Shown here: in pieces, positions 1 to 12,184 of the stretch
How positions within the stretch are numbered: position 1 is the stretch's first letter
How the letters are laid out: every line of letters begins with the position of its first letter
From: Azolla caroliniana
Taxonomy: Eukaryota; Plantae; Polypodiophyta
Reading direction: 5' to 3'
Assembly: GCA_043228905.1 (NCBI GenBank)
Contig: JBHGNT010000008.1
Span: forward strand, 12,400,001 to 12,464,000
Length of the DNA stretch: 64,000 bases
The notes under the pieces: model-generated
What the model saw: the letters and a program-made list of their open reading frames with translations, nothing else
What the model was told of the DNA's origin: nothing
Databases searched by the model: none
Position numbers and translations under genes: made by a program

Positions 1-32
1 GGGGTCCCGTTGGAGCTGAGCGGGAGAGTACT
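1..32 (-). CDS. Host gene, coding exon 2 (STLPLSSNGTP...), running off the window edge
   Basis: Open and in frame with exon 1 after the acceptor; continues the Ser/Thr/Pro-rich transit-peptide composition. Confidence 0.65.
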
Positions 33-363
33 CTGAAAATGAGAAATTATGCGCAGTCCATCAGTCTGAAATGCATGCATTTTTGTATGACTACTTATTA
101 AGTGTTAGCTGGAGGTAAAACCCAAACTAAAATCTTTGAAATGGGTGATTGCTAAGCAAAGGTTAGATTTTGGTGTCAACGATGGATCGTTGTGAATGAT
201 AGATGCATATGAAGTAGAATGAATTGGATTGCGTGCATATATCTTATCTTATCTTATCTTATCGATCTATGAACTATGAACTATGAACTATGAACTATGA
301 ACGTAGAGTAGAGACGAGATGAGATGAGATTTTTGATTTGTGTGGGCGTGACTGCCTGTCTAC
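33..363 (-). other. Phase-0 GT-AG intron (331 bp) of the host gene
   Basis: Starts GTAGAC at 363 and ends TTTCTCATTTTCAG at 33; contains short simple repeats. Confidence 0.65.
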
Positions 364-408
364 CTGGACGGATCCCACAGCAGCAGAGGAAGCAACAGAG
401 GACGCCAT
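364..408 (-). CDS. Host gene, coding exon 1 (MASSVASSAAVGSVQ), plastid transit-peptide-like
   Basis: Minus strand reads GCC-ATG-GCG at 408 (good Kozak context), then 15 Ser/Ala-rich codons and a CAG|GTAGAC donor at 364/363. Not in the ORF track because it is short. Confidence 0.7.
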
Positions 409-872
409 GGCAAGCAAGTAGTAGTTAGGAAGCAGAGATGAAAGGAAAGGAAGAGCTCTCTTCTGCCTGCCTGTCTATCTGTACTGCCTGCCTGCCTGCC
501 TGTCTCGCTCGATAGCACACACGATGAGCTTCTCTTTGCAGCGGAGTTCGAGGCAATGGAGCTAATTTGTAGTAGCAGTGTATGCTCCCTGATTTTCGGT
601 TTTTTTTTTTTTTTTTCTCTTTTTTTTTTTTAATGTTTTTTGTTTTTCTTTTGGGGGGGGGGGAGGGTGGGGGTCAATAGATAGATAGATAGATAATCTA
701 CGGAATGAAATGGGTGGTGCTGCTGCCGCTGCTCAAGATGATGATGATGATGATCATGGATGAATGTTTTTCTGCTCTCCTCTCTCCCTCTTCCCTCTTT
801 TGTTGTTTTAGGTATGTGTGTGTATGTGGCTGAGGTTGCTCTTTTTTCCACAACTCTGTATGTGGCTCAGAA

Positions 873-908
<36 letters not shown>

Positions 909-1210
909 CCTGCCAAACTGTGCGCTTTTCTTTATCCATTTGCCTTCTCTTCTTATTCTTCTTCTTCGTTTTCCTTTTTTTCCTTTTTTTATCCATTCAT
1001 TCGCCTCTTTATTTTCCTCCCTTTTCTTTTTATTATTGTTGTTATTATTTACATATTTTTATTAATAAAATAATCGATTGATTGTTATTAATATGTTATG
1101 TGTATGTTGTATGTGCATAATAGATAGATAAGGTTCCCTCCCTCCTCATCCACACATATGTCTCACTGGTCCACTCCCATGCCGCGTGTCAAAAAGCCCC
1201 CCGCCCCCTT
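409..1210 (-). promoter_or_regulatory. Microsatellite-rich 5'UTR/promoter of the host gene
   Basis: (CT)n, poly-T, poly-G, (GAT)n and (GATA)n tracts upstream of the ATG; I-box-like GATAAGG at 1127-1133. Function is inferred from position only. Confidence 0.4.
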
Positions 1211-2989
1211 CCTTCTAGACTCTTCTAAACGAAATTGCATGTAATATTGTCAAGTTATTATTCCCCTCTTTGCCTCGCTCTCAACAATGCTATCTATCAT
1301 TGGTGCAACCACTATACACCATGGCCATTTTTACTCCCTAACTTCACAACATTATCATCTCATGCTACAATTCCGATTCATAACTTGGGGAATCATATTA
1401 ACATTGAAGTCCAACATAGAAAATTGGGCAACAAACTTGATGTTTAGCGCATTCGTATAGTTAATTATATTGGATGATATGCAAAAAAATATACATTTAG
1501 CTCCGCATACTTAAATTTTGAAAAGTCTAACTTCAATGCATAATGTGTGTTTGTATGCGCACGAGAGTAAAGCTGACGAAAGTAGCTCAATCCATAGCTT
1601 TCAACCCTACATTCCACATTGTTTTTATAGTCAATTAGAATATTTACTAATATGTGAGCCCAATGCATGGTTTAATTAATAAAATATCAAAATGGCACTT
1701 TCTTCAATTATCAAGTAAAAAATATAGGTATTATTACTAAAAATTGGCTTTTAGGAATAATTCCTATATTTGTGGGAGAACATCATACAAAAATAATACC
1801 TTCTTGCAACTCATTAATTGAATATTTGAGGTGAGACTAATCACCAACTACCATTACACATGAGATCAAATGTGTGAACGGGTATAACAACATACTACAT
1901 ATATAAACAATCCATAGATTTCACTCTAGGTTTAGCTCACACTTCATGCACTCCATTCTATATCTATATCTACTCATGTATGAATACATGGGTTAGAGCT
2001 CTCACTCTGTCAAACTCTAAATTGTAATCACACTCCAATCCTCTATCTATATAATAAACTCTGTTTTCTCCACTTTGTACCTTGTGTCAAGTATATAGCT
2101 ATGCATCTTATTGTTTTGCATATAATCCAACATTGCTATACTGTTGATGAAGTAATAGATTGGTATTTGATGGAGGCGAGGGAAAATGTTTCAATTTTCT
2201 CATTCCATAGAGCAAATGAGTTCAATAAGTGCAGGTTTAAGTAGAACTCCACACCAAACAAAGCCCTAACCACGAGTAATATTAGAGAAGAAGCTTGATG
2301 AAGCAAACTACATGTGCAAGTTCAAAAGGTTCAACATACATTTTTATGAGCACTTGTACATTGTTTTTGGACTCTATATTGAGCTGATGCAAGCAATGTA
2401 TCCAAATAACCTACTGTCCATGCCCCAATAGACGCAAAGTTGTTTGCATCAAAGAAGTAAAATATTAAGACATTGCAATGGATGCAATGGTTGTGGGGAC
2501 AACTCATTTAGTGATGTTGATGTGGATTCAATACACATAAAAGTGACATGTGCCTCAAGAATCCATCGGAATCTAGAGGAGATGATGAATGAGACTAGGA
2601 TCCAAACTGTGAATCAATTGGCTTTTTTAATGGATGACGGAAAGTGAGACGGAATATATATCCCATGACAATCCATACACATGTTTGTATGAACTTTACA
2701 TGTGTGTGTGTGTGTGTATGTTTATATGTTACATGTTTGGATGTGTTTTATCTAATTTATATGAGAGAGAAAGAGAAAATGAGAGAGAAAGAGCGAGAGG
2801 AGGGGGGGGGGGGGGGGGGGATAAACATATCTACAATAACACGATCAAGGGCATGATCATGCTTGATGTTTGATCATATGTAGAGAAAGAGGAGAAGGTT
2901 GGAGTGTCCAAGAACAAGCATAAAAAAGGGCCTTTTAAAATCTTATTTTACTTTTCATTTTCTTGAAACTTTTTCGAATTGTGGCACTA

Positions 2990-3592
2990 TATGTTGGGTT
3001 TTATAAGCTGATGTTAGTGTCACAAATGTTTTCTAATGTCTAGGTGTTGTCATTTTTGTCAAGCTAGCCCAATGCAGATGCCAACAAATTGAGATTTTAA
3101 AGGATGTATGTGAATCTTGTATTATGGGCAAGCAAGAATGAAATAACTCCTCAAGAGAGTCATAATCGAGAAGAGACTCCTATAGAGCTTAACACCTTGA
3201 CCTCTATGGCAAGAGATAGATGTCTACACCTACTTTGGTGGGATCTCTACACTTTTTATTGATAGTGAACGATTATAGTAGTAAGACATGGGTTTATTTC
3301 ATTCTAAAGCAAGCTAAAGTTGTAAAAGTTTGTGGCACAAAGTGAGAAAGAGACATGGAAGATAATGAAAAAGTTTGAAAGAAATTGGGGAGGTGAAATC
3401 CTATGAGTAATAAAATATTTTGGCTACTATTTTAGTTAGATATCTCTCGTACTTCACAATAGATTGACATGCTTGATATATTTTGAAAGAGATGGCAAAC
3501 TCATTTGGTTTGAAGCATTGAATATCAATAGTCTACACTGCTCACCACACAAAAATCTACTCAACATGAAGGAGATCCTTCATATAGAGTTT
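2990..3592 (+). pseudogene. Heavily decayed Ty1/copia integrase remnant (insertion site of copia A; probably resumes at ~9480-9660)
   Basis: Fragments translate as VCESCIMGKQ and LHFLLIVNDYSSKTWVYF (copia zinc finger and integrase core) with stops and frameshifts. Confidence 0.6.
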
Positions 3593-6500
3593 TGAAAAGA
3601 TTAACGTGCAGAAGCTAAACAAAACACAGAGAAACAATGGAAGAACACAGTACGCGAGAGAGAGAGACAAAGAGAGCAGAAGACTCAAAACTCTATTCCA
3701 AATAATACATTCTCTGTACAAACAAATGTGCTTAGAGAGAACTTTTATACAAAGTCCTTAAAGGACGGTCGGAAGTACCGACGAGTACTTCAATGGCCAT
3801 AATTAAACTACTGACACTAACTCCCAAAAGCATAACTGCCTACTAGACTAGAAGTGTATGCCTCTAACGGCCTACCTGCTCTGATCCGGCTCACCGATCC
3901 AATTTGGGCCTAGCCGATCAATCTTCATCCGATCCGACCCATGTTAAGCTTGCTTCTCAACACTCCCCCTCAAGCTCAACTTGATATTCCTTCTGTTCTG
4001 CCAGTTCTATCTTCCGGCTCCTCCTGGCATCTTCACACCTTGCTCTTGCTCCTCGTCCCGTCCGGTCCCATATTCCATGACCCCTCCGGTTCAATGTTGC
4101 TTGATCCGTTCGGTTCGGCGCATCTTGACCCCTTCGATAGGTTTGTTTGTTCATCAGGCCCATCTCCGCTCCCTCACTATTGTGGCTTTGGGGCCCCTCG
4201 GTTCGTTTGCTTCTTCTTTTCGGTATTGGCTTTGGGTGCCCTCTCGTGTGCTTGGCCTTTGTGTAATTCAGTTCGTTAGAGTCGAACCACTTGACCGAAT
4301 CGGCTGTCTCCGATTAATCATCCTTCTTCAGGCCCTTGACCACATCCGACCATGTCTTGGTCCTGGCCTTTTTCTTCAGATAGGCTCTATCCTTCTTGAC
4401 TTTGCCGCCTTTGCAGCCTACTCCGGCTCTATCGGATGTTTCGGCTTCCTCAATCGATTCAGCTTCTTCTTCGGCTCTCCTCCTTTCGGCGGGTTCTTTC
4501 TCCGGCTCGTCTGCTGCTCTACCCCTCAAGTGCGGCACGTTGAGATGTTGGATGCCAAGCATCTTAGAGAAGTGTTGCAACTTGTCCAACCCGAGTGCCT
4601 TGGTGAAGATGTCGGCCACTTGTCGATCGGTTCGAACATACCAGAGTTTGACTTCACCGCTTATGAATCGCTCACGCAGGAAGTGATAATGCACTTCTAT
4701 GTGCTTGGTATGAGCATGGAATACCGGGTTCTTGGCTAGCTGCATGCTATTGATGTTGTCGCAGTAGAGCGGAATCAGAGTTGGAACTTCGACCCGTAAG
4801 TCCTACAACAGCCGCCGGAGACATATAGCCTCACAAGTTGCGATGGTGGCACCTCTATACTCAACTTCGGTGCTTGACAAGGCCACTGTCGGCTGCTTCA
4901 TGCTACTCTAGGTGACAACCGCACTCCCAAGAGAGAACATGAAATTGGATGTCGATATTCGATCCGTGGCATCTCCGGCCCAATCGACATCAGTATAGCC
5001 GACTAGTTGTTCAACAATGTCGTGCCAGTACAGTAGTCCTCGATCCTTCATGCCACTCACATATCACAATATTCAATGCTCGCACTGAAGATGCTTGATA
5101 GTCGGTCTCTGCATGAACTGACTTATCACTCCGACCGGATAGCTAAGATTGGGTCGGGTGATAGTTAAGTATATTAGGCTTCCAACAATTTTCTAGAACC
5201 GTTTCTCATCGGAGGCCTCTCCCGAGTTAGGACAAAGCTTTAGGTTTCTGTCGAGAGGAGTAGAGATAGATTGGCAATACGTCATCCCAAACTTGTACAA
5301 CATATTTGAGACATAATGTCATTGAGTGAGTAATATGTTGTCAGGGTGTGAATCACTTCGATTTCGACGAAGTAATGAAGGTACCCTAAATCCTTCATTT
5401 CGAATGTGTTTGACAATTGTGATTTCACTTGGCCAATTTTAGCAACGTCAGGCCCGGTGACGACCAAGTCATCCACGTAGAGAAATATGCAGACCAACCC
5501 TTTTTAACCTTTTTGGATGAACAAGGATGAGTCGGATTTCGAGACCTCAAACCCCATCTTATGCAATCATTGTGTGATTTTGGAGTTCCAAGCTCGTGGG
5601 GCTTGTTTGAGACTGTAAAGCGACTTCTTTAGCCAACATACTGTCGACTTGCTCAACTCCGACTGAAAACCAGGGGGTTGGACCATAAATACTTGCTCTT
5701 CAAGGTCGCCTTGAAGAAACGTGTTCTTAATGTCCATCTGGTGTAGATGTCACCCCCTTGCTGCTGTTACAACCAACACCACATGGACTATCGTCATCTT
5801 CGCCACTGGTGAGAAGGTCTCGTCGTAGTCGATGTCATGGGTATGCGCATATGCTTTCGCCACCAATCGGGCCTTGTACCGGTTGACCGAACCGTCGGCG
5901 TTGTACTTTATCTTTTACACCCAAGTCCTAGGTCTTGTTGGCAGCTAGTGCCCACATTTCTTCCTCCATGGCTGATCGCCATTTGGCATCCTATGATGCC
6001 TTCGCATAGCTCTCCGGCTCACGGATTTTTGCCCCTTTCATCATGTACGTATAATGGTGCGCCATGTTTTCATTGTAACCATACTGGATCACCATGTTCT
6101 TGTGGTGAGTCGATCGGTGTAACTTTAAATTCGTCGATTTGAGGGCCCTCTTGGCCACATCTGTCCTCGACTCTTGAGGTCCGTCTTCACTCTGGTTGAT
6201 GTCAAATTCTCTCTGATTCTATGCACCTTTGTCTATGCCATAGTCCGTCATCTTCATCTTCCCCTTCTCTTTGCGTGTATACCGTCTCCTCAATTCCTTG
6301 CGCGGGGAGTGCACGACCGAGTCTTCACTGCTCGCCAACTCTTCGTTCAGCTGGTCACTCTGACTCAGCTCTTCATTCGGGCCATTCAACCGGAATGAAA
6401 TCAGACTCTCTTCTAGAGTCTGATTTTGGATATATATAACTGTTCAAACGACTTTAGCCCAATAGAATTTGGGTATGCTCTTCTCTTCTAGCATTGCCCT

Positions 6501-9479
6501 TGCTGCTTCCACAATTGACGGGTTCTTCCTTTCGGCTATACCATTCTGTTCGGACATATATCTACAACTAAATTCATGTTGAATTCCCATTTGTTGTAGA
6601 TAACACTTAAACTGGTTGCAAAAGTATTCTTTTCTGCCATCCAACCGCAAACACTTGATTTTCCGTTTTGTTTCTCTTTCGACAAGATTTTGCAAGTTTC
6701 AGAAACAAGAGAAGACATCACTCTTCTTCGTGTTGGCTATAATCGTTGATGAAGGAGACGAAGTATCGAGTCCCGCCTAAGCACACATTTTGTGCTGGTC
6801 CCCACACATCTGAATGTATTAAGTCGAGCTTGTTGTGGCTCTGATTACACTCGTTGGAGAATGGAAGTCGGTGTTGCTTCCCTAGCTGACGGGCTTCACA
6901 AACTTGGGCCTTCCGGCCACTAAACTTTGGCAAGCCGAATGCAATCTATTTCACTTACAATTTTTGAAGCCTTTGATAGTTAACATGGCTGATCCGCTTA
7001 TGCCATAAGTAGATATTCGACTCGACTTTTGTCGTTTGGCAAACATTGCGGTGTCGACGCCATTTGTGTCAAGGATAAACATCCTCCCTTCTTGATGCCC
7101 TTGTGCGATGATCTAACCTTCTTCTTCGATGAAGTACTCGAGGTGTGTGAACCAGACTTGCATCCCTTGGTCGACAATTTGTTCGACCAACACCAAGTTC
7201 TTGGTGATTGTAGGAACATGCAGGATGTTCATCAGTCTCCCCTTCTGTCCGACATGGCTCAGGGGGACATCATTGACATGCTCGATGGGATGTGAGTTGT
7301 CGTCACCGGTTTTGACGACCCTCGGTTGTTCCGGTTTCTCCAAATATGAGAACCACTCTTCGTTGCTCATCATGCGGTTTGTTGCTCCAGAATCGACATG
7401 CCACACTTCATTCGGTTTCGAGGTGCTTGTCTTAATCGAGGGTGCCTTGTGCTTCATCACAAAGGCTAGGCCCTTTCCGGCTTGCTCTAAGCCTTGCACG
7501 TAGTGTTGGGAAACAGGTCCCTCTAGATGGGAAGAAATTCGAAAATCTATTTCCGAAAAATCGACAAATTGACAATGGATGGAAAATCGACTCGGGTATT
7601 AGCTGAATCGATCGAAGCCGAATCGGGAGACTATATTCATAAATAGTCTTAATGTTCCCCTTGTGGGCTATATCTGTAAATAGCCCAGTAAGTTGTATTG
7701 GTATAAATACAACTAGGGCAAACTTTATGTAGTGTAGTTCATCATTATTTATACAGTTAGAGAAGGTATTTGCTTCTGTAACTAAGTGACAGAGAGAGAG
7801 TGAGAGTTGTAACTTTGTAGCCGTCAGTCGACGAAGAAGAGTTCAAGGTCGTTGCCTTGAATCCTCTTGTTGTACTCCTCCCCTTATAGTGATTTGTTTC
7901 TTGGGTTTTGTGGACCCCCATGGTTTTTCCCTTTCGGGTTTTCCACATAAAACATTTTGTGTGTTTGTTCTTTGTTTTCTGTTTTGTTTGTGTATTGTTG
8001 ACTTGTTCCTTGCACCCGAATACATATACAAGAAACCAGTTGTGGTCGGTCATGATCCTAACACGTAGTGCGACAACTGCCGATTTCCTTGTTCAGCTTT
8101 GCTTGATCCGGATTTGTCCGAATCAGTCTTCTTCTTCCAACAGTCGCTTTCTCTATGGCCTTTTCGGCCACAATACCAGCATTCCGCCTCAACCTTCCTT
8201 TTCCGGTTTCCGGTGCTGCCATGACTCCCCTTGCTCGTGGAATGTCCGGAATTGCTGTCAGCATGTCGATTATGCCTCTGATTCTGCTCTTGTCAGTCGT
8301 CGATCCACCTCGTCCTCCACGGCCATGGGGCTGATCCGTCTCCGTGTACAACATCCCACTATCCGATTGTGTGCTCCTTGACACACCCACGTGGTTCTCT
8401 TCAACAATAAGCATCAATTGCAGGTCCAAAAACGACGGTGGCTTCTCCCTTGTGTAGATACCTGTCCGGATCGACCCATACCTTTGAGCTAGACCACTGA
8501 GGCAAATATGCACCATTTCTTCCTCGTCAACCATCACATCGATGGACCTCAGGGCATCAGAGATTTCCTTGAGTTTGGTGGTGTAGTTGGTCATCGTCAT
8601 ATCCCTTTGTCGGATATTGTTGAGCTCGACGAAGGTGCAACTTTCGGGCTATGGTACTCATGAAGAAAATCTTTTTCAGATTTTCCTAGGCCTCCTTCAA
8701 CGTCTTTGCATCCCGAATGTACCCCAACATATGATCATGCACACAGGACGCAAGGCAGTACAAGACTTTACTTGCTGCCTACTCCCAAATTGGAAAATCC
8801 TTGGGTGTCGGTTCTGGCAGTACTCTGTTTTCTCCATCGATGTAGCTCTACTAACCATGCCCGAGCAGGTACTGGTGCATCTTGTACCGCCAAGTTGCGT
8901 AGTTTTTTTGGTCCAACTTCTCCGTCAGAAGATCACCACCCATTCCTCAGTTCATTTTCTTCTTGTCCGTACCTGTCCAGGGATTAGGGTTTGTTTGTGT
9001 TGAATGCTTGTCGGTAGTACATGATTCTTAACCCTTGCACTCTGATACCATGAAAAGATTAACGTGTGGAAGTTAAACAGAATTCAACCGACTCAGCTAG
9101 ACAACAACAAAGAACATAGAGAAATAATGGACGAACATAGTATGTGGGAGAGAGACAGAGGGAGTAGAATACTAAAAACTCTATTCAAAATAATATGTTC
9201 TCTGTACAAACAAATGTGCTTAGAGAGCACTTTTATATAAGTACTTAAAGGATGGTTAGAAGTACTGACAAGTACTTCAATGCTCACAACTAAGCTACTA
9301 ACACTAACTCCCAAAAGCATAACTGTGCAGTAGAGTAGGAGTGTAGGCCTCTAACGACTGATCGGCTCCCCGTGGATTCGGCTCACAGATCTGATCACGG
9401 CCTAGCCGATTAGTCTTCATCTGATCCGGCTCTCAGCTCATTCACCTGATTCGGCCCATGTTGAGCTTGCTTCTCAACA
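3593..9479 (-). mobile_element. Ty1/copia LTR retrotransposon A, full-length and degenerate
   Basis: TG..CA LTRs 3593-3962 and 9051-9479; PBS TGGTATCAGAG (tRNA-iMet) 9040-9050; PPT 3963-3970; TSD AGTTT/AGTTC; order gag (8058-8940), PR (WHVDSGA), INT (IHSDVWGP), RT (LYVDD), RH (ADIFTKAL). Confidence 0.93.
7504..8063 (+). mobile_element. Solo LTR (Tork/Tnt1-like copia family) inserted in copia A
   Basis: TGTTGG...CTAACA with perfect TSD CGTAG on both sides; 5' end matches the LTR start at 16155 and the copy at 27761. Confidence 0.9.
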
Positions 9480-9754
9480 AGTTCTTTATACGATAGACCG
9501 TGAGTTCTTCTATGGAGAGCCCAAATGGTAGAATTGAACAACGCCTATCGTGATGAGTCCACACAATAATACTCAATGAGTTCTATTGTTTGGGGAAAGA
9601 GAAGGAAAATGATGTGAGTGCTCGGTGGATAGGTGATACCCATGATTTTACACAAAAAGAGCAACATTATAGGTTGCATGAAGACATGACATTTCTTCAT
9701 CGTCGGCACCGGCGATGACTAAATAATCAACGTAAATTAAAATACTAACTAGAC

Positions 9755-10069
9755 CATTCTGACCTTGGCGGATGAAAAGTGAAGAGTCCGACTTCGACAT
9801 CTGAAACCCATCTGACGAAGTCATTGCATGATCTTTGCGTTCCAGGCACGCGGGGCTTGCTTTAGTTTGTAGAGGGACTTCTTCTACCGGAAAACAACCA
9901 ATGTGTTCATTCTGGATTGAAATCTGGGGGGTTGTACCACATACACCTGTTCCTAAAGCTCACCTTGCAGGAACACATTCTTTACATCCATTTAATGTAA
10001 GTGCCATCCCTTTGCCGCAACTACCGCAAGCAGAACACAGACGGTCCTCATCTTCGCCACTGGTGTTTA
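9755..10069 (-). pseudogene. Copia RT fragment (family of A)
   Basis: TPVAKMRTVCVLLAVVAAKGWHLH*MDVKNVFLQG ... KKSLYKLKQAPRAWNAKI. Confidence 0.8.
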
Positions 10070-11364
10070 TGTTGGGCTCGACTAGCCACAGACACAAGTG
10101 TCCTATCTGGAACACGTATCCAAAGGGATGGTTGGGATATGAATCCTTATCCGGTATTGATCCGACAAGTTATATGCAACACTTCGGCTCCTACCGGATT
10201 GCCTTCCGGATCGTTTAATACATATCCGATCCGTAATTACACGCTGTCGTGAAGGATTTGCTTCACGATATAAAAATAAACTTCAATATTGTATTAAGTA
10301 ACATTTAAGAGACTTGAACCCATAATCTCACACACCAAGGACAAAGTATATATACCATTAAGATAAGTTATTTTCTATAATTATATTTTTATCATCATAC
10401 TTATGACATGTGTATCTTCATACATTAGAGTGTAGATGAGCATGATGGCTATCATGCATCACATGCATGCCATGCACCCCCCATATCATCATACGCATGA
10501 GAGAACTGACAAAGAGAGGTAAGGAATTAAGGGATGAATCAAGGGGAAAAAAGAGTAATCAATCAAGAGAAAGTTAGAATATAATATAATAAACAAACAA
10601 GTTAGCTCATTTAGGAAGGGGCTCGTGTTTTGAAGTTGGAGTCAAGGGTTCAAATCTTAAGTTTAGCAAAAGAAAAGTTGAATATTGTGATTGACATTGT
10701 AACTTTGGTAAAACCTTGTGTTGCTAATATAAAACTTATTCTTTAATACATTTTCCCTTCTTAAATCATACATTGTCTCTGTCATCTTATCTATGCTCAT
10801 CTCTCTCCCACACATTACTTTTAACTCTTCTTCTTCCTATCCTTAATCTTTCTAACATCAACGTACAAGCCTTGTAAAATATATAGCCAACTTCCTTTAA
10901 CCTTAGTCCTTGCGACTTCGCCGCACAAACCACAACTTGTATTACTTTTGTGAAATTTATACATCGATCCGGATCCTTTTGATAGGCATCTAGTATGAAT
11001 TACAAAACGGCGCCTTACGGGCTACTGACTACTTAATTGGTGGGGATCCAGATCGGTACAACTATCTGGATCCGTCCGTTCCTATTAAATTATTAACTAA
11101 TATTTAAATTATTCATACGACTCTTCCCCATCGACACTTCTCCTCCGAACCATACTTGTAGGGCCAACACATGGCACACCCATGGGACAATGCCTTGCAT
11201 GTCGAATCCACAGGTTAGCTCCATCACTCTTCATCAAGTACGTCCAATATACTCTAGTACAAGGGTTCGAGTGGTTCCTCCTCTGTCTCCATCCGCTACT
11301 GTTTTTGCTCATGTTCCGGTTGCTTCTCCCTTGGCTCTAGCTTTGATTCTGTTTTTGTTGTCTA
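10070..11364 (-). mobile_element. 3' end of an old family-G gypsy: 3' LTR 10070-11169 (with ~0.7 kb AT-rich insertion), tRNA-like motif 11172-11212, end of extra ORF
   Basis: LTR blocks resemble the G2 LTR (GGACGGA, CCGTTTTGTA, GCGTGTAATTA, CCCTTTGG, GGCTAG..AACA); same pre-LTR motif as G0/G1/G2; the extra ORF ends SILDVLDEE*. Confidence 0.7.
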
Positions 11365-12184
11365 TGTCACGACCGAAGTTTAGAAGATGATGTCGATTTG
11401 GAAAAAAAAAGACAATAACAAACGAGAAGACAATAACAAGACCAGAAGACAAGAATTTCTATTGCCGGAAAGCAAGATTACAAGGTTGTTGAAGACTGGT
11501 GTTGAACCGGAATGGTTCAACATTAATAAGATCTTTCACTTATATAGTGTACATAAGATTGTGCATGATCCCCATTTGGCATACATGTTGTGTGCCACTT
11601 GGCATACATCCATGCATGCCATTTGGCGGTCATCTATTGTGTCTAGTGCCCATAATTCTTGAATAATAATAATATGAAAATGTATTTATTAATTAAAATA
11701 AGTTGGTGTACTGGTTAGAGTGTGAGACCCTTGTTTACAAGTTCAAATCTTGATATTGACATTTTGTGATATCATCCCCTCCTTTTACGACGAGTTCTAT
11801 GAGTCTCAATGCATGAACTAGGTTTTAGTTTATGGGGATAGCGATGATGAAACTCTTGTATAAGTTCAGAGGCATTAGTGACATTCCCTGCGGGTTCCCA
11901 TGTTCGATCCTCAGGCGTGTATCCAAGACAATCTACCAAATAATATAACTTATTGCGGATGACATTGGAGTCCAAAATAGCTTCTACCTCATATTCTGGT
12001 CCATCCGCAAGTTGAACTGGAGGTGGTGGTGGAATAACTTGTTTTGGGATAGAACTTGATGTCCATGGTTCTAATAATGAAACATGAAACACTGGAGGAA
12101 GACGCATATGTGAAGGCAAGTCCAGAAGAAATGCAACCTCTTGACTTGATGAGATATTACAAATGGACCTTGACGTTGGAAATT
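11365..12184 (-). mobile_element. Chromovirus (Tcn1-like) 3' fragment: integrase C-terminus, chromodomain, PPT and 3' LTR 11365-11771
   Basis: ORF 11772-12203 has PVFHVSLLEP and EYEVEAILDS...YYLVDCLGYTPEDRTWEP (classical group I chromodomain); PPT AAAAGGAGGGGATGA; LTR TGTCAC...GTGATA. Confidence 0.85.

Noticed and set aside
630-1081. Short ORFs with poly-His and (ER)n/(LS)n runs
   Set aside because: Translations of microsatellites with no domain signal.
1235-2990. Possible genes in the AT-rich region
   Set aside because: Only short ORFs with no recognisable motif; probably old unclassifiable repeat debris.
3941-4739. Long antisense ORFs over retroelement coding regions (also 45462-46226)
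   Set aside because: Shadow frames of GC-rich or low-complexity coding sequence; no recognisable domain.
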